A DNA stretch of 64,000 nucleotides from an uncultured Candidatus Saccharibacteria bacterium (GCA_964513515.1 CAZEMP010000001.1:11336-75335), one strand, 5' to 3'. Counted from the first letter of the stretch, positions 29,418 to 39,554 are shown. A program made the numbers and translations. The notes: generated from the sequence alone by a model not told the origin.

Positions 29418-32400
29418 TTAGTATTCTGACTCACTCTCGAGTTTCTGTTGTACCTCATCTATCATTTCGAATTTCTTACTGCCAGGAAAACCTGTACCTG
29501 CAGGAATAATTCTACCGATAATAACGTTTTCTTTTAGACCAGCTAAGTGATCCTCTGTTCCCTTTATGGCAGCATTAATAAGAATTCTTGTTGTGTGTTG
29601 GAATGAAGCGGCTGAAACGAAGCTTCTGCTTGATAGAGATGATTCTGTGATACCCATAACTAATAGTTTTGTTTGAATAGGTTCACCCTTATTTTCTTTT
29701 ATCTTCTCATTCTCTAATTTCAAATCTAGCTCATCTATAATATCTCCAATGCTAAAATCTGAAGATCCTGAATCTACCACAGATTTCATAGAGAACATTT
29801 GCTTCACTATGATCTCAATGTGTTTTCTAGCAACGGCAGCACCTTGAAGCTCGTAAGGCTTGCTAACTTCAGTAATAATGTATTCCAAAGCTTTCTGCTT
29901 TCCTGCTAATTCAAAATATTCATCTATATCTACAGATCCATCAGTAAGGATTTGTCCTTTTGTGATCTTTTCATGTTGTTTTACAAACACAATTCTTTTT
30001 GGATTGAATACATATTCAATTTCACCTGATTTCTTTGATTTACCTTTATCTTCCAAATCTGGAATAACAGTTATGATTTTCTCCTTTCCAAAATCTTTTA
30101 CAGAAGAGACTGTTCCGTTTACTGTGGCCACGATTGCTGGTGTCTTCGGCTTTCTCTTTTCGAATATTTCTTCAACACGAGGCAAACCTTGAGTAATATC
30201 TCCACCTGCTGATGCGGCTCCTCCAGAGTGGAAGGTTCTCATTGTAAGCTGAGTTCCTGGTTCTCCGATAGCTTGTGCAGCGATGGTTCCTACAGCTTCT
30301 CCCAAGTCGATTAATTCTCCACGTCCAAGATCCATTCCGTAACAGTTTGAACAAATACCATGAAGTGTTTTACATACAAGTGGTGATCTGACAGCGACAT
30401 TTTCTACTTCCAATTTATCTATATTTTGTGCATCAATTTTTGTAAGAAGTACGCCTTTTTTATAAACCACCTTTCCATCTTTTCCAACAACATCTTCGGC
30501 AAGTATTCTACCTCTAATGTTTTTAGCAACAGAAGATCCTGTATCTTTTCCTACATTTCTGCTGATCACGATACTTTCTTTTGTACCACAATCATGTTCC
30601 TTGATAACTATATCTTGTGCAACAGAGAAAAGTTTTCTTGTAAGATAACCTGCTTTTGCGGTGTTAAGGGCAGTATCTGTAAGACCTTTTCTTGAACCGT
30701 GAGTGGTAATGAAGTATTCAATCGGTGTAAGACCTTCTTTTGATGAATTAATAACTGGGAATTCAATAGTATCTCCAATGGTGTTTTGAATCATACCTTT
30801 CATACCAGCCATCTGAGCAAGTGATCCTAGAGATCCTCTAGCTCCAGATTTCCACATATCATTTACAGAACCATTTTTATCTAGCGAAGTTGGAATAAGT
30901 TTCTCTAATTGACCTTTTGCATCTTGCCAGATCTCAATATTCTTTCTTATTCTCTCTTCTTCTATAAGAAGACCTTCATTAAATTGTTCCATCACCTGTA
31001 CAGATTCACTTCTAGCTTTCTTGATAATTCCATCCTTTTCTTGTGGAACTTGTATATCATCTATTCCCCAGGTTACTCCAGAAATTGTAGCGTATTTGAA
31101 TCCAAAATTTTTGATCTTGTCCATAATAGGAGCAACTTTGTGTGGTCCGTGTTGAACGATAAGATCGTCTATAATCTTCTTTAGCTCTTTGTTATCAATT
31201 TCTTTGTTTACGTAAGGATAATCTTCTGGAAGAACACCGTTAAACAAAAGTCTTCCAACCGTTGTTTCAAAAAGTTTACCTCCAAATTGCTTATATTTAA
31301 TTTTCTCTGATGGCAAGACTTTTATTTTTGTTCTAAATCCTACTATACCAAAGTCTCTTGCTGTAATAGCAGCATTTTTTGATTGGAAATATTTTCCTTC
31401 ACCATTTTCTCCCTCAATGATTTTTGTCATCCAGTAACATCCAAGTACGATGTCCAAAAGTTTTGAAGAAATTGTTGGATCTCCATCTCCTGGTTTTAGA
31501 ATGTTTTTATCAGAAGCCATTATTTCTTTTGCCTCCATTTGTGCTTCTTCGCCTAGCGGTACGTGAACTGCCATCTGGTCTCCGTCGAAGTCTGCGTTGA
31601 ATGCAGTACATACTAGAGGGTGCACTTGAATAGCATTTCCTTCAATAAGAATAGGGCGGAATGCTTGAATACCAAGTCTGTGAAGAGTAGGCGCTCTGTT
31701 TAAGAGAACATATTTATCTTTAATTATTTCTTCAAGTATTGCCCAAACTTCTTGTGCGCCATCATCTATAAGTCTTCCTGCACCACGAATATTATAAGCA
31801 AGCTCTTTTTTCAAAAGTTGTGAAATAACGAATGGGCGGAAAAGCTCAAGTGCCATACGTTTCGGAAGTCCACATTGATCCATATCTAATTCTGGACCAA
31901 CGACGATAACAGATCTACCAGAGTAGTCTACGCGCTTACCCAAAAGGTTTTGTCTAAACAAACCCCTCTTTCCTTTCAAGTTGTCAGCCAAAGATTTCAA
32001 AGGTCTCTTATTTGAAGCAGAACCCATAGCAGAAAATAGTGCATTACCATGTCTGATCGAGTTGTCTATAAGTGCATCTACAGCTTCTTGAAGAATTCTT
32101 TTTTCATTTCTCAAAATTACGTCTGGAGCGTTTATTTCTTTAAGCTTTAGAAGTCTGTTGTTTCTATTTATAACTCTTCTGTAAAGATCGTTTACATCTG
32201 AAGTTGCAAATCTTCCTCCATCAAGCGGAACCATAGGTCTCAAAGCCGGTGGAATGACTGGAATCTTTGTAAGGAACATCCATTCTGGTCTAGATTTTGA
32301 AGCGATCATTGATCTTATCAAACTCAATCTCTTGTTGAGCTTCTCTGTATCTGCGGAGTTAGATTTTTCAAGTGCAGTTAATATTTTCTTTTCTAAATCT

Positions 32401-33092
32401 TCTAGATTTATTTTCTTCAATATTTCATATATCACTTCTCCTCCAATACCTGCTTCAAATACAGATCCGTATTTTATAGAAAACTTATGATATGTGGTCT
32501 CATCGAGAACTTTTCCTTCTGATATTCCCTCAACTTCTTTCTTTGCATTGAGAGCCATTTCTTTTAGGGCCTCTTTTGTTTTCTCATCTGTAACGGTTTT
32601 TACTTTATTCTTGAATTCATTTTCTATTTCTTTAAGTACCCTGTCTTTTTCTGCTTGGAAAGTCTTTACAATAATATATCCTGCAAAGTAAATAACCTTT
32701 TCAAGATCTGATACAGACATACCCATAACAGCACCTAGTCTTGATGGAATTCCTCTCAAAAACCAAATGTGAGATACAGGTGAAGATAGGTCTATGTGGC
32801 CCATTCTTTCTCTTCTTACTATGGATCTTGTTATTTCAACTCCACACTTTTCACAAATAATTCCTTTATATCTTATACCTTTGTATTTTCCGCAGTAACA
32901 CTCGTAGTCCTTATCTGGTCCGAATATTTTTTCATCGAAAAGTCCGCCCCTTTCAGATCTTTGGGTTCTGTAGTTGATTGTTTCTGGCTTTGTAACTTCA
33001 CCGTGTGACCATTTTGCTACCACTTCTGGTGATGCGACATGGATAGATATTACATTGAAGTTTTGATCTTGTGATTGTTTCGTTTTAATCAT
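29418..33092 (-). CDS. rpoC: DNA-directed RNA polymerase subunit beta'
   Basis: 1224 aa; NADFDGD catalytic motif, Zn-binding CYCGKYK..CEKCG. Confidence 0.95.
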   Translation of the reverse strand: MIKTKQSQDQNFNVISIHVASPEVVAKWSHGEVTKPETINYRTQRSERGGLFDEKIFGPDKDYECYCGKYKGIRYKGIICEKCGVEITRSIVRRERMGHIDLSSPVSHIWFLRGIPSRLGAVMGMSVSDLEKVIYFAGYIIVKTFQAEKDRVLKEIENEFKNKVKTVTDEKTKEALKEMALNAKKEVEGISEGKVLDETTYHKFSIKYGSVFEAGIGGEVIYEILKKINLEDLEKKILTALEKSNSADTEKLNKRLSLIRSMIASKSRPEWMFLTKIPVIPPALRPMVPLDGGRFATSDVNDLYRRVINRNNRLLKLKEINAPDVILRNEKRILQEAVDALIDNSIRHGNALFSAMGSASNKRPLKSLADNLKGKRGLFRQNLLGKRVDYSGRSVIVVGPELDMDQCGLPKRMALELFRPFVISQLLKKELAYNIRGAGRLIDDGAQEVWAILEEIIKDKYVLLNRAPTLHRLGIQAFRPILIEGNAIQVHPLVCTAFNADFDGDQMAVHVPLGEEAQMEAKEIMASDKNILKPGDGDPTISSKLLDIVLGCYWMTKIIEGENGEGKYFQSKNAAITARDFGIVGFRTKIKVLPSEKIKYKQFGGKLFETTVGRLLFNGVLPEDYPYVNKEIDNKELKKIIDDLIVQHGPHKVAPIMDKIKNFGFKYATISGVTWGIDDIQVPQEKDGIIKKARSESVQVMEQFNEGLLIEEERIRKNIEIWQDAKGQLEKLIPTSLDKNGSVNDMWKSGARGSLGSLAQMAGMKGMIQNTIGDTIEFPVINSSKEGLTPIEYFITTHGSRKGLTDTALNTAKAGYLTRKLFSVAQDIVIKEHDCGTKESIVISRNVGKDTGSSVAKNIRGRILAEDVVGKDGKVVYKKGVLLTKIDAQNIDKLEVENVAVRSPLVCKTLHGICSNCYGMDLGRGELIDLGEAVGTIAAQAIGEPGTQLTMRTFHSGGAASAGGDITQGLPRVEEIFEKRKPKTPAIVATVNGTVSSVKDFGKEKIITVIPDLEDKGKSKKSGEIEYVFNPKRIVFVKQHEKITKGQILTDGSVDIDEYFELAGKQKALEYIITEVSKPYELQGAAVARKHIEIIVKQMFSMKSVVDSGSSDFSIGDIIDELDLKLENEKIKENKGEPIQTKLLVMGITESSLSSRSFVSAASFQHTTRILINAAIKGTEDHLAGLKENVIIGRIIPAGTGFPGSKKFEMIDEVQQKLESESEY

Positions 33093-33124
33093 ATTTTTGT
33101 GTTTTAAATTAATGTAATGTTTAT

Positions 33125-36100
33125 TTATTTCTCATCACTTAATTTTTCATTCTTGAGTTCGACATTGAGTCCTAGACCTCTCAAGCTGTTAAGTAATACG
33201 TTAAACGAAGCGGGTAGATTTGGTTGTTTTATTCTTTCTCCTTTTACTATTGAGTCGAACGCAGCGGATCTTCCAATAATATCGTCAGACTTAATCGTGA
33301 GCATTTCTCTTAGTGTATATGAAGCTCCATATCCAAGCAGTGCCCACACCTCCATTTCTCCGAATCTCTGTCCTCCTCCTTGTGCTCTTCCTCCCAAAGG
33401 TTGCTGTGTGATCATTGAGTAAGGTCCGATAGATCTCATGTGTATCTTGTCTTCTACCTCGTGGTGAAGTTTCAATATATACATGTAACCAACAGAAATC
33501 TTTTGCTCATAAGGAAGACCATTTCTTCCATCAAAGAGTTTCATTTTTCCATCAGATTCATATCCTGCTTTTACTAATTCTTCTTTAATTTCTTTATCTG
33601 TTGCTCCCATAAATGGCGGAACAATAGCTTGATAATCTAGTGAGTTTGCAGCAAGTCCTAAGTGAACTTCAAGAATCTGTCCGAGGTTCATACGGCTAGG
33701 AACGCCAAGTGGTGTAAGAATAATATCTACAGGTGTTCCATCTTCCATATATGGCATATCTTCTACTGGCAATATTCTAGAGATAACACCTTTGTTTCCG
33801 TGTCTTCCTGCGAGTTTGTCTCCAACAGAAATATTTCTTAGTTGAGCAATCTCAATGTGAATTCTTTTTATGATTCCTGATTCTAACTTATCTCCATTTT
33901 CTCTTGAAAAGATTTTTACAGAAATAATCCTTCCTCTCTTTCCACTCTCAAGTCTCTTTGATGTATCTTTTACATCACGAGCTTTTTCTCCGAATATAGA
34001 TCTCAAAAGTCTTTCTTCTGGAGTAAGTTGCGTTTCTCCTTTTGGTGTAATCTTACCCACCAAAATATCTCCTGCAGTTACTTCTGCTCCAATTCTCACT
34101 ATTCCATCATCATCCAAGTTCTTTAGTTTTACTTCTCCAACGTTTGGAATGTCGCGGGTTGTAACTTCCGGTCCGAGTTTGGTATCGCGAACATTTACTT
34201 GAATTTCTTCAATGTGAATAGATGAGAATTTGCTATTTTTTACCAATCTTTCAGAAAGAATAATAGCGTCTTCGTAGTTTGATCCGCTCCATGTCATGAA
34301 AGCCACAAGAGCGTTTTGACCGATAGCCATTTCTCCATTCACAGAAGATGATGTATCCGCCAATAATTCACCTTTCTTTACTTTTTGTCCCAAATTAACA
34401 GATGGTCTTTGGTGGAATGGTGTAAATCCGTTTGTTCTAGAAAAGCTTACTAGTTTGTATTCTTTTTCTTTTCCTGTTTTTGCTGATTTAACTTTTATAC
34501 TTCTTGCGTCTACAGCTGTAACGGTTCCTTCTTCTTCAGAATAAATAACTCTACCTGTGTAGCGTGCAGCTTCCGCTTCAATGCCTGTTGCAACGAGTGG
34601 AGCTTCAGGAATAACACAAGGAACAGCTTGTTTTTGCATGTTTGTTCCCATCAGCGCTCTTGTTGCATCGTCGTGGTTTAAGAAAGGCATAAGAGATGTA
34701 GCAATAGAGAATGCTTGGTTTGCAGCAACGTCTATAAGGTCCACTTCTTCTCTCTTAACCATTTTTGGTTCTCCGTTTACACGAACTTCAACTTCATCTT
34801 CTGTTATTCTTCCGCTTTTATCGTACGCTGTTCCTCCGTGTGCAATCTTGTGGTTTTCTTCTTCAACAGCATTAAAATATTTTATTTCTTTTGTGATGAC
34901 TCCATTTTTTACTTTCGCATACGGTGTTTCTATCATTCCAAAATCATTGATCTTTGCATATGTAGAAAGGTGCAAGATAAGACCAATGTTTTGACCTTCT
35001 GGTGTGTGAATAGGACATACTCTTCCGTAGTGTGTTGGGTGAACGTCACGAACTTCAAAGCCCGCTCTTTCACGAGTCAAACCTCCAGGACCAAGAGCAG
35101 AAAGAGTTCTCAAGTGTTCGATCTCTTCAAGAATGTTCACCTGTTGCATAAACTGTGACATTTGGCTTGTGGTAAAGAATTCTTTTATTCTTGCTTGAAG
35201 TGGTCTTGTAGAAACAAATTGTACTGGCATTTTTATGTCAGGATCTACAGTAGACATTCTATCTTGAATGTTTCTTTTCATTTGAGCCATACCCACACGA
35301 ACTTTTTGTTGAAGAAGTTCTCCCACGAAACGAACTCTTCTTGAACCCAAATGATCTATATCATCTTCTTTTGCTTCAGGATCATTGTTAAGTTCTACAA
35401 TCTTTTTAATTATTATTATAAAATCTTCAAGAGAAATATCTTTTTTCTCCAAAGTTTTGTCATCTGTAGGTAGATCGAATCTCTTGTTAAATTTTGATCT
35501 TCCTACTTTTGAAATATCGTATCTTTCTGCAGAGAAGATAGATTGAACATGTTGTTTTGCGTTTTCAAGTGCTGCAAGATCTCCGTCTCTCAATCTCTTA
35601 TAAACTTCAAGATAAGAATCGTCTTGATTTTTTGCATGATCTTTAAGAATAGTTGTTTCTATTACTTTCAATGCTTCGGCATCATCTTTGAAAAGTGTTG
35701 TTATATCTTTATCTGTTTTGGCACCAAAAATTCTAAGAAGTGAGGAAATCGCAAACTTTCTCTTCTTGTCTATTTTTACATATATAGCTCCATCAGATTC
35801 TGATTCTATCTCTATCCATGAACCTCTTGCTGGAATGATCTTTGCTCCAAATAAATTTTTACCTTTTAAATCGTTTAAGGTAAAAAATATTCCGTATGAT
35901 CTTGCAAGTTGAGGAATAACAACTCTTTCAATACCGTTTATAATAAAGGTCCCATGGTTTGTCATGAGAGGAACATCTGAGAAGAATATTTCTTGTTCAT
36001 TTTCTGTACCCAGCGCCTTGTTTTTTAGTTTTACTTTTGCTTTTAATTGTCCTTCGTAAGAAATTTTCTTTTCTTTAGACTGGAATTCATCGTACTTTGC

Positions 36101-36340
36101 TTCGCCTACTTCAAAACCAGTAAAAGACAATTCAAACTTTTTGTTTGCATAATCTTTGATAGGGGAAAATTCTTTAAATACTTCTGCGATACCTTCTTTC
36201 AAAAGCCATTGGTATGACTTCATCTGGTGGTCTACCAAGTTGGGTGTATCTATAAGAGGCTCTTTGTATTTACTAAAATATTTCTTTTTTAGCTCTCCTC
36301 CAGTGACACCATCTGTCAAAATATTTGCGGGTTTATTCAT
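33125..36340 (-). CDS. rpoB: DNA-directed RNA polymerase subunit beta
   Basis: 1071 aa; conserved RpoB blocks (GEMEVWAL, NGIERVV). Confidence 0.95.
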   Translation of the reverse strand: MNKPANILTDGVTGGELKKKYFSKYKEPLIDTPNLVDHQMKSYQWLLKEGIAEVFKEFSPIKDYANKKFELSFTGFEVGEAKYDEFQSKEKKISYEGQLKAKVKLKNKALGTENEQEIFFSDVPLMTNHGTFIINGIERVVIPQLARSYGIFFTLNDLKGKNLFGAKIIPARGSWIEIESESDGAIYVKIDKKRKFAISSLLRIFGAKTDKDITTLFKDDAEALKVIETTILKDHAKNQDDSYLEVYKRLRDGDLAALENAKQHVQSIFSAERYDISKVGRSKFNKRFDLPTDDKTLEKKDISLEDFIIIIKKIVELNNDPEAKEDDIDHLGSRRVRFVGELLQQKVRVGMAQMKRNIQDRMSTVDPDIKMPVQFVSTRPLQARIKEFFTTSQMSQFMQQVNILEEIEHLRTLSALGPGGLTRERAGFEVRDVHPTHYGRVCPIHTPEGQNIGLILHLSTYAKINDFGMIETPYAKVKNGVITKEIKYFNAVEEENHKIAHGGTAYDKSGRITEDEVEVRVNGEPKMVKREEVDLIDVAANQAFSIATSLMPFLNHDDATRALMGTNMQKQAVPCVIPEAPLVATGIEAEAARYTGRVIYSEEEGTVTAVDARSIKVKSAKTGKEKEYKLVSFSRTNGFTPFHQRPSVNLGQKVKKGELLADTSSSVNGEMAIGQNALVAFMTWSGSNYEDAIILSERLVKNSKFSSIHIEEIQVNVRDTKLGPEVTTRDIPNVGEVKLKNLDDDGIVRIGAEVTAGDILVGKITPKGETQLTPEERLLRSIFGEKARDVKDTSKRLESGKRGRIISVKIFSRENGDKLESGIIKRIHIEIAQLRNISVGDKLAGRHGNKGVISRILPVEDMPYMEDGTPVDIILTPLGVPSRMNLGQILEVHLGLAANSLDYQAIVPPFMGATDKEIKEELVKAGYESDGKMKLFDGRNGLPYEQKISVGYMYILKLHHEVEDKIHMRSIGPYSMITQQPLGGRAQGGGQRFGEMEVWALLGYGASYTLREMLTIKSDDIIGRSAAFDSIVKGERIKQPNLPASFNVLLNSLRGLGLNVELKNEKLSDEK

Positions 36341-36439
36341 TCTGTTTTTTTAATAAAAATTTATAAATATACAGCCAGTAAAATTTCTATATCTCACACA
36401 AAAAAATAAATACGATTTGTTGATTTTTGTCACAAGCAA

Positions 36440-36500
36440 AAATCAAAATTTAAAAAACAAAAAAAGAATCCCCTTCCCCAAAAGGATTATTTATTTTTTA
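36440..36500 (-). promoter_or_regulatory. terminator-like hairpin (AATCCTTTTGGGGAAGGGGATT + U-run) inside the rpoB 5' leader: candidate attenuator
   Basis: Lies between candidate rpoB promoter (minus strand TTGACA-17-TATATT, plus coords 36601-36629) and the rpoB start at 36340. Confidence 0.4.
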
Positions 36501-36704
36501 TTAAATTTTTAACTTATTTTTCTAAGCAAGATATTCGCAACTTAATCTAGCCTACTATTGGCACTTCCGCCCAGAACTCATTCGTTGTAAAGTTATTAAT
36601 AATATAGACTAAGTAGCCGATTATGTCAACTATATTACGTATTGACTTTGCTTATTACTCGTGTCAATCTTTTATTGGAGTCAAATCACCCTCTGGGGGC
36701 AAAA

Positions 36705-37133
36705 ATGAACTTAGTAAGAGTCATTCTTCTTGCCCTGTCTAAACACCAGGGTAAGCCGGTCGTAATACCGGTGATTGTTTTGAAGGTCAGATATTCCCTC
36801 GAGATGATGGGCTATATCAGACAAAATCCTGAGATTCAGAAGTTGAGGGAGATAGGTTGGTCTGAAGAGCGTATCGAGAGAAGGATCGATCGGGACCTGC
36901 CACAAAAGGTTAGGATGGTTTTGCCGAAGCTCGCAATGAGCGGTCGGGCAAAACCCTTCTATCTTTCAAAACTTCGAAAGATCGCCAGTGGGTCGGAGAA
37001 GAAGTTCAGAGAGTTGGTTACGAGATCTGGTGTTGTTTTCACCGATTCAAGCCAACTCGATAGTTCGCAGACTGCCTATCAGATCACAAGCAAAGGTCTG
37101 AGATGGTGGCTGAAACACAAAAATCTTCCCTAA
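36705..37133 (+). CDS. hypothetical protein, paralog P1 (G+C-richer)
   Basis: ORF track starts at 36642 (TTG); ATG at 36705 preceded by CTGGGGGCAAAA, same context as paralog P2. Followed by hairpin terminator 37159-37196. Confidence 0.45.
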   Translation: MNLVRVILLALSKHQGKPVVIPVIVLKVRYSLEMMGYIRQNPEIQKLREIGWSEERIERRIDRDLPQKVRMVLPKLAMSGRAKPFYLSKLRKIASGSEKKFRELVTRSGVVFTDSSQLDSSQTAYQITSKGLRWWLKHKNLP

Positions 37134-37158
37134 AAAGAAGATGTGGCCGTATAGGCCA

Positions 37159-37196
37159 GAAGCCCGCAGGAAGGTAACACTTCCCTGCGGGCTTTC
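37159..37196 (+). terminator. terminator GAAGCCCGCAGGAAGGTAACACTTCCCTGCGGGCTTTC (copy 1)
   Basis: 14-bp stem + T-rich tail; near-identical copy at 37699-37735. Confidence 0.6.
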
Positions 37197-37275
37197 TGCT
37201 TTTAAAAAACTAGACTTTATTTTTATAAAGTATATAGTTGTCTCGAATTTGTACACAAACAACTTGGGGGTAAAA

Positions 37276-37692
37276 ATGGATGCGGAAGAAACAGTTCTCG
37301 TCTTATTGAATAGGCATGGTAGCAAACCGATGCCCTGTTCAAATCTGCTGGTGCAGGCAGCTTGTCTTTCTGATGAGATCAACTGTGAGGCACGGAGGAA
37401 AAAAGATCAGTTGAGAAGCCTGGGGTATTCAGAAAAACTGATTCAGGAGATCGTAGATTTGCATAGTCACAGGACTGTGCAAACTACTCTCGATCTTTTA
37501 GAGAAGAAAGGGCTCATCGTGGGGAGACAGAACGAGCAGAAACTTCTTCGCGACATTGAACATTTAAACCTGAAGATTCTTCCGAGTGTCATGGAGCAAC
37601 TCAGGATCAATCTTCTCTCCTACAAGCTTACCAAGAACGGTTTACAAAAGCTGTGGGAGAAAGCCGCAAGAACACAGGGTTCAGATCATTGA
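37276..37692 (+). CDS. hypothetical protein, paralog P2 (G+C-richer)
   Basis: Homologous to P1 along full length (..LLNRHGSKPMP.. vs ..LLALSKHQGKPVV..; ..YKLTKNGLQKLWEK vs ..YQITSKGLRWWLKH); SD-like TTGGGGGTAAAA before ATG. Confidence 0.45.
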   Translation: MDAEETVLVLLNRHGSKPMPCSNLLVQAACLSDEINCEARRKKDQLRSLGYSEKLIQEIVDLHSHRTVQTTLDLLEKKGLIVGRQNEQKLLRDIEHLNLKILPSVMEQLRINLLSYKLTKNGLQKLWEKAARTQGSDH

Positions 37693-37698
37693 ACCAAA

Positions 37699-37735
37699 GA
37701 GCCCGCAGGAAGGTAACACCTCCCTGCGGGCTTTC
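37699..37735 (+). terminator. terminator GAGCCCGCAGGAAGGTAACACCTCCCTGCGGGCTTTC (copy 2)
   Basis: Duplicate of 37159-37196 with one loop substitution. Confidence 0.6.
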
Positions 37736-37758
37736 TGCTTATAAATAAAATTGCAAAC

Positions 37759-37783
37759 AAAAAACCGCTTTCGCGGTTTTTTG
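37759..37783. terminator. bidirectional terminator AAAAAACCGCTTTCGCGGTTTTTTG
   Basis: Convergent to RRM gene on minus strand. Confidence 0.5.
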
Positions 37784-37803
37784 TTTTTAGAGTTGTTTTG
37801 AGA

Positions 37804-38070
37804 TTAGTATCTGCTTGGTCTCTCTTCTCTTGGTCTTGCTTCGTTGACGGTCAATTTTCTTCCATCAAGCTCCTTACCATTCCACATTTCTATAGCTGCT
37901 TTTGCACCTTCTTCGGTTGCCATTTCGACGAATCCGAATCCTTTTGATCTACCTGTCATTTTGTCCATGATGATAGCTACTGATGCAACTTCTCCTGCTT
38001 TAGAAAAAGCTTCTGATAATGCGTTCTCTGTAGTGCTATAAGAAACACCACCTACATATAATTTCTTCAT
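37804..38070 (-). CDS. RRM-domain RNA-binding protein (RNP-1/RNP-2)
   Basis: LYVGGVSY (RNP-2) and KGFGFVEM (RNP-1) motifs. Confidence 0.75.
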   Translation of the reverse strand: MKKLYVGGVSYSTTENALSEAFSKAGEVASVAIIMDKMTGRSKGFGFVEMATEEGAKAAIEMWNGKELDGRKLTVNEARPREERPSRY

Positions 38071-38221
38071 TCTTTATATATTACTCAAACCTAATAAACT
38101 TTAAGACCTAACTTGAAACGAAAGACGACTAATCCTTACAAAATCAACTTACTTCTTAATTACTACGATTATAGTTTAAATCTCTATTAATGTCAATGTA
38201 AGTAAAATATAAATAGGAAGG

Positions 38222-38250
38222 GCCTGTTACGCTTCGCGTAACAGGCCCTC
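38222..38250 (-). terminator. hairpin GGGCCTGTTACGCTTCGCGTAACAGGCCC
   Basis: 12-bp stem immediately downstream of minus gene 38257-38559. Confidence 0.55.
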
Positions 38251-38256
38251 ACTCAC

Positions 38257-38559
38257 CTAACCAAAGAACTTGATCATCTCCTTTCCGCCACAACCCGTGC
38301 TGTTCCTCCTGTCGCTCTTATAGGAAAGGGTTATTTCAACCTTTCCTTTTAAAACGACGAACCCTTTTTTCACATCGAGATGTAAGCCGAAACCCGTGAA
38401 GGTTCTGCAGACATTTCTGAGATGCTCGTCTCTTTTAAGACGGTCAAGAAGTAGGAACCCCTCCTTTTTTCGGTCCTTGTCTAGCCAGCAAATGCCGTAC
38501 TCCGAAAGTTCATCCTTGAGTCTAAGTACGATCACCTTTTCAGCTTCCCTTCCTAGCAT
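38257..38559 (-). CDS. hypothetical protein (G+C-richer single-gene cassette)
   Basis: 100 aa; minus-strand promoter TTGCAG-17-TATAAA and SD GGGGTGA; no family recognised. Confidence 0.35.
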   Translation of the reverse strand: MLGREAEKVIVLRLKDELSEYGICWLDKDRKKEGFLLLDRLKRDEHLRNVCRTFTGFGLHLDVKKGFVVLKGKVEITLSYKSDRRNSTGCGGKEMIKFFG

Positions 38560-38687
38560 TCCATCACCCCACTATTGTTTTTGAAGAATTGTGCTTGCGA
38601 TTTATAACAAAATTATTCCTAATCTGCAATGGATTGTTATATAATAGTCTAGTAAACATGCTAGAAGCAAAACCAACAAAAATATCC

Positions 38688-39548
38688 ATGAGAAAAAATA
38701 AAAAATATTTATTTTGTCTATTTTTTATGTTTCTTTTTTTAATAAATCAAAAAGCAAATGCGAGTGAATACATTTCTATTTTTCCAAACGAAGTTGTTCA
38801 GGGAGAACCGGTTTTGATACAAATATCTGGAGTAAAAATTTCTGAAATCAAAAAACTTACCTTTGATAATAAAAAATTATATGTTTTTAACTATCAAAAC
38901 AAAGTTTCGGCTTTAGCTGGCGTGGATCTTAGAGGAAGAATTGGTGATTATAAAATATATTTAGAGTTAAAAAATGGTAGTTCGAGTGAGGAAACTTTAA
39001 TTGTGAGAGAAAGGACAAAACACGAGGAGGAAATGACTGTTCCAGAATCTCTCGGTGGTAATTCAGCAGAGAATCAAACAAAGGTTGTAAATACTTTAGC
39101 AAAAGAAAATGCAATATTGGCTGTAATAAAAACCTTTAGAAAAAATCTTTGGATAAATAAGTTTATTTATCCAGTTTTAAATCCTATCATTACAGATGAG
39201 TATGGATATTCTAGAAAAACTGGTGAATACAACTTGGCTCATAAGGGTGTAGATTTTAAGGCAAAAGTTGGTACAAAAGTATTATCTGTGAATAGGGGTA
39301 TTGTACGCGTCGCAAGAACATTTCAGGTGTATGGTAAGACGGTAGTTGTGGATCACGGTTTTGGTCTTATGTCTTTTTATTTACATCTATCAAAAATAAA
39401 AGTAAATGAAGGTGAGCTTGTACAACAAGGTCAACTTTTAGGGCTTTCTGGAGATACTGGATATGTTTTTGGACCACACTTACATTTTTCTGTGAGAATA
39501 AATAATATTTCTATTGATCCTATTAAATTTCTAGAGCTATTCAAGTAA
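38688..39548 (+). CDS. M23-family peptidase (LytM-like) with signal peptide
   Basis: Start taken at ATG 38688 (MRKNKKYLFCLFFMFLFL signal); HKGVDF...GDTGYVFGPHLHFSV M23 motifs. Track start 38589 would overlap divergent promoter. Confidence 0.75.
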   Translation: MRKNKKYLFCLFFMFLFLINQKANASEYISIFPNEVVQGEPVLIQISGVKISEIKKLTFDNKKLYVFNYQNKVSALAGVDLRGRIGDYKIYLELKNGSSSEETLIVRERTKHEEEMTVPESLGGNSAENQTKVVNTLAKENAILAVIKTFRKNLWINKFIYPVLNPIITDEYGYSRKTGEYNLAHKGVDFKAKVGTKVLSVNRGIVRVARTFQVYGKTVVVDHGFGLMSFYLHLSKIKVNEGELVQQGQLLGLSGDTGYVFGPHLHFSVRINNISIDPIKFLELFK

Positions 39549-39554
39549 TATACA

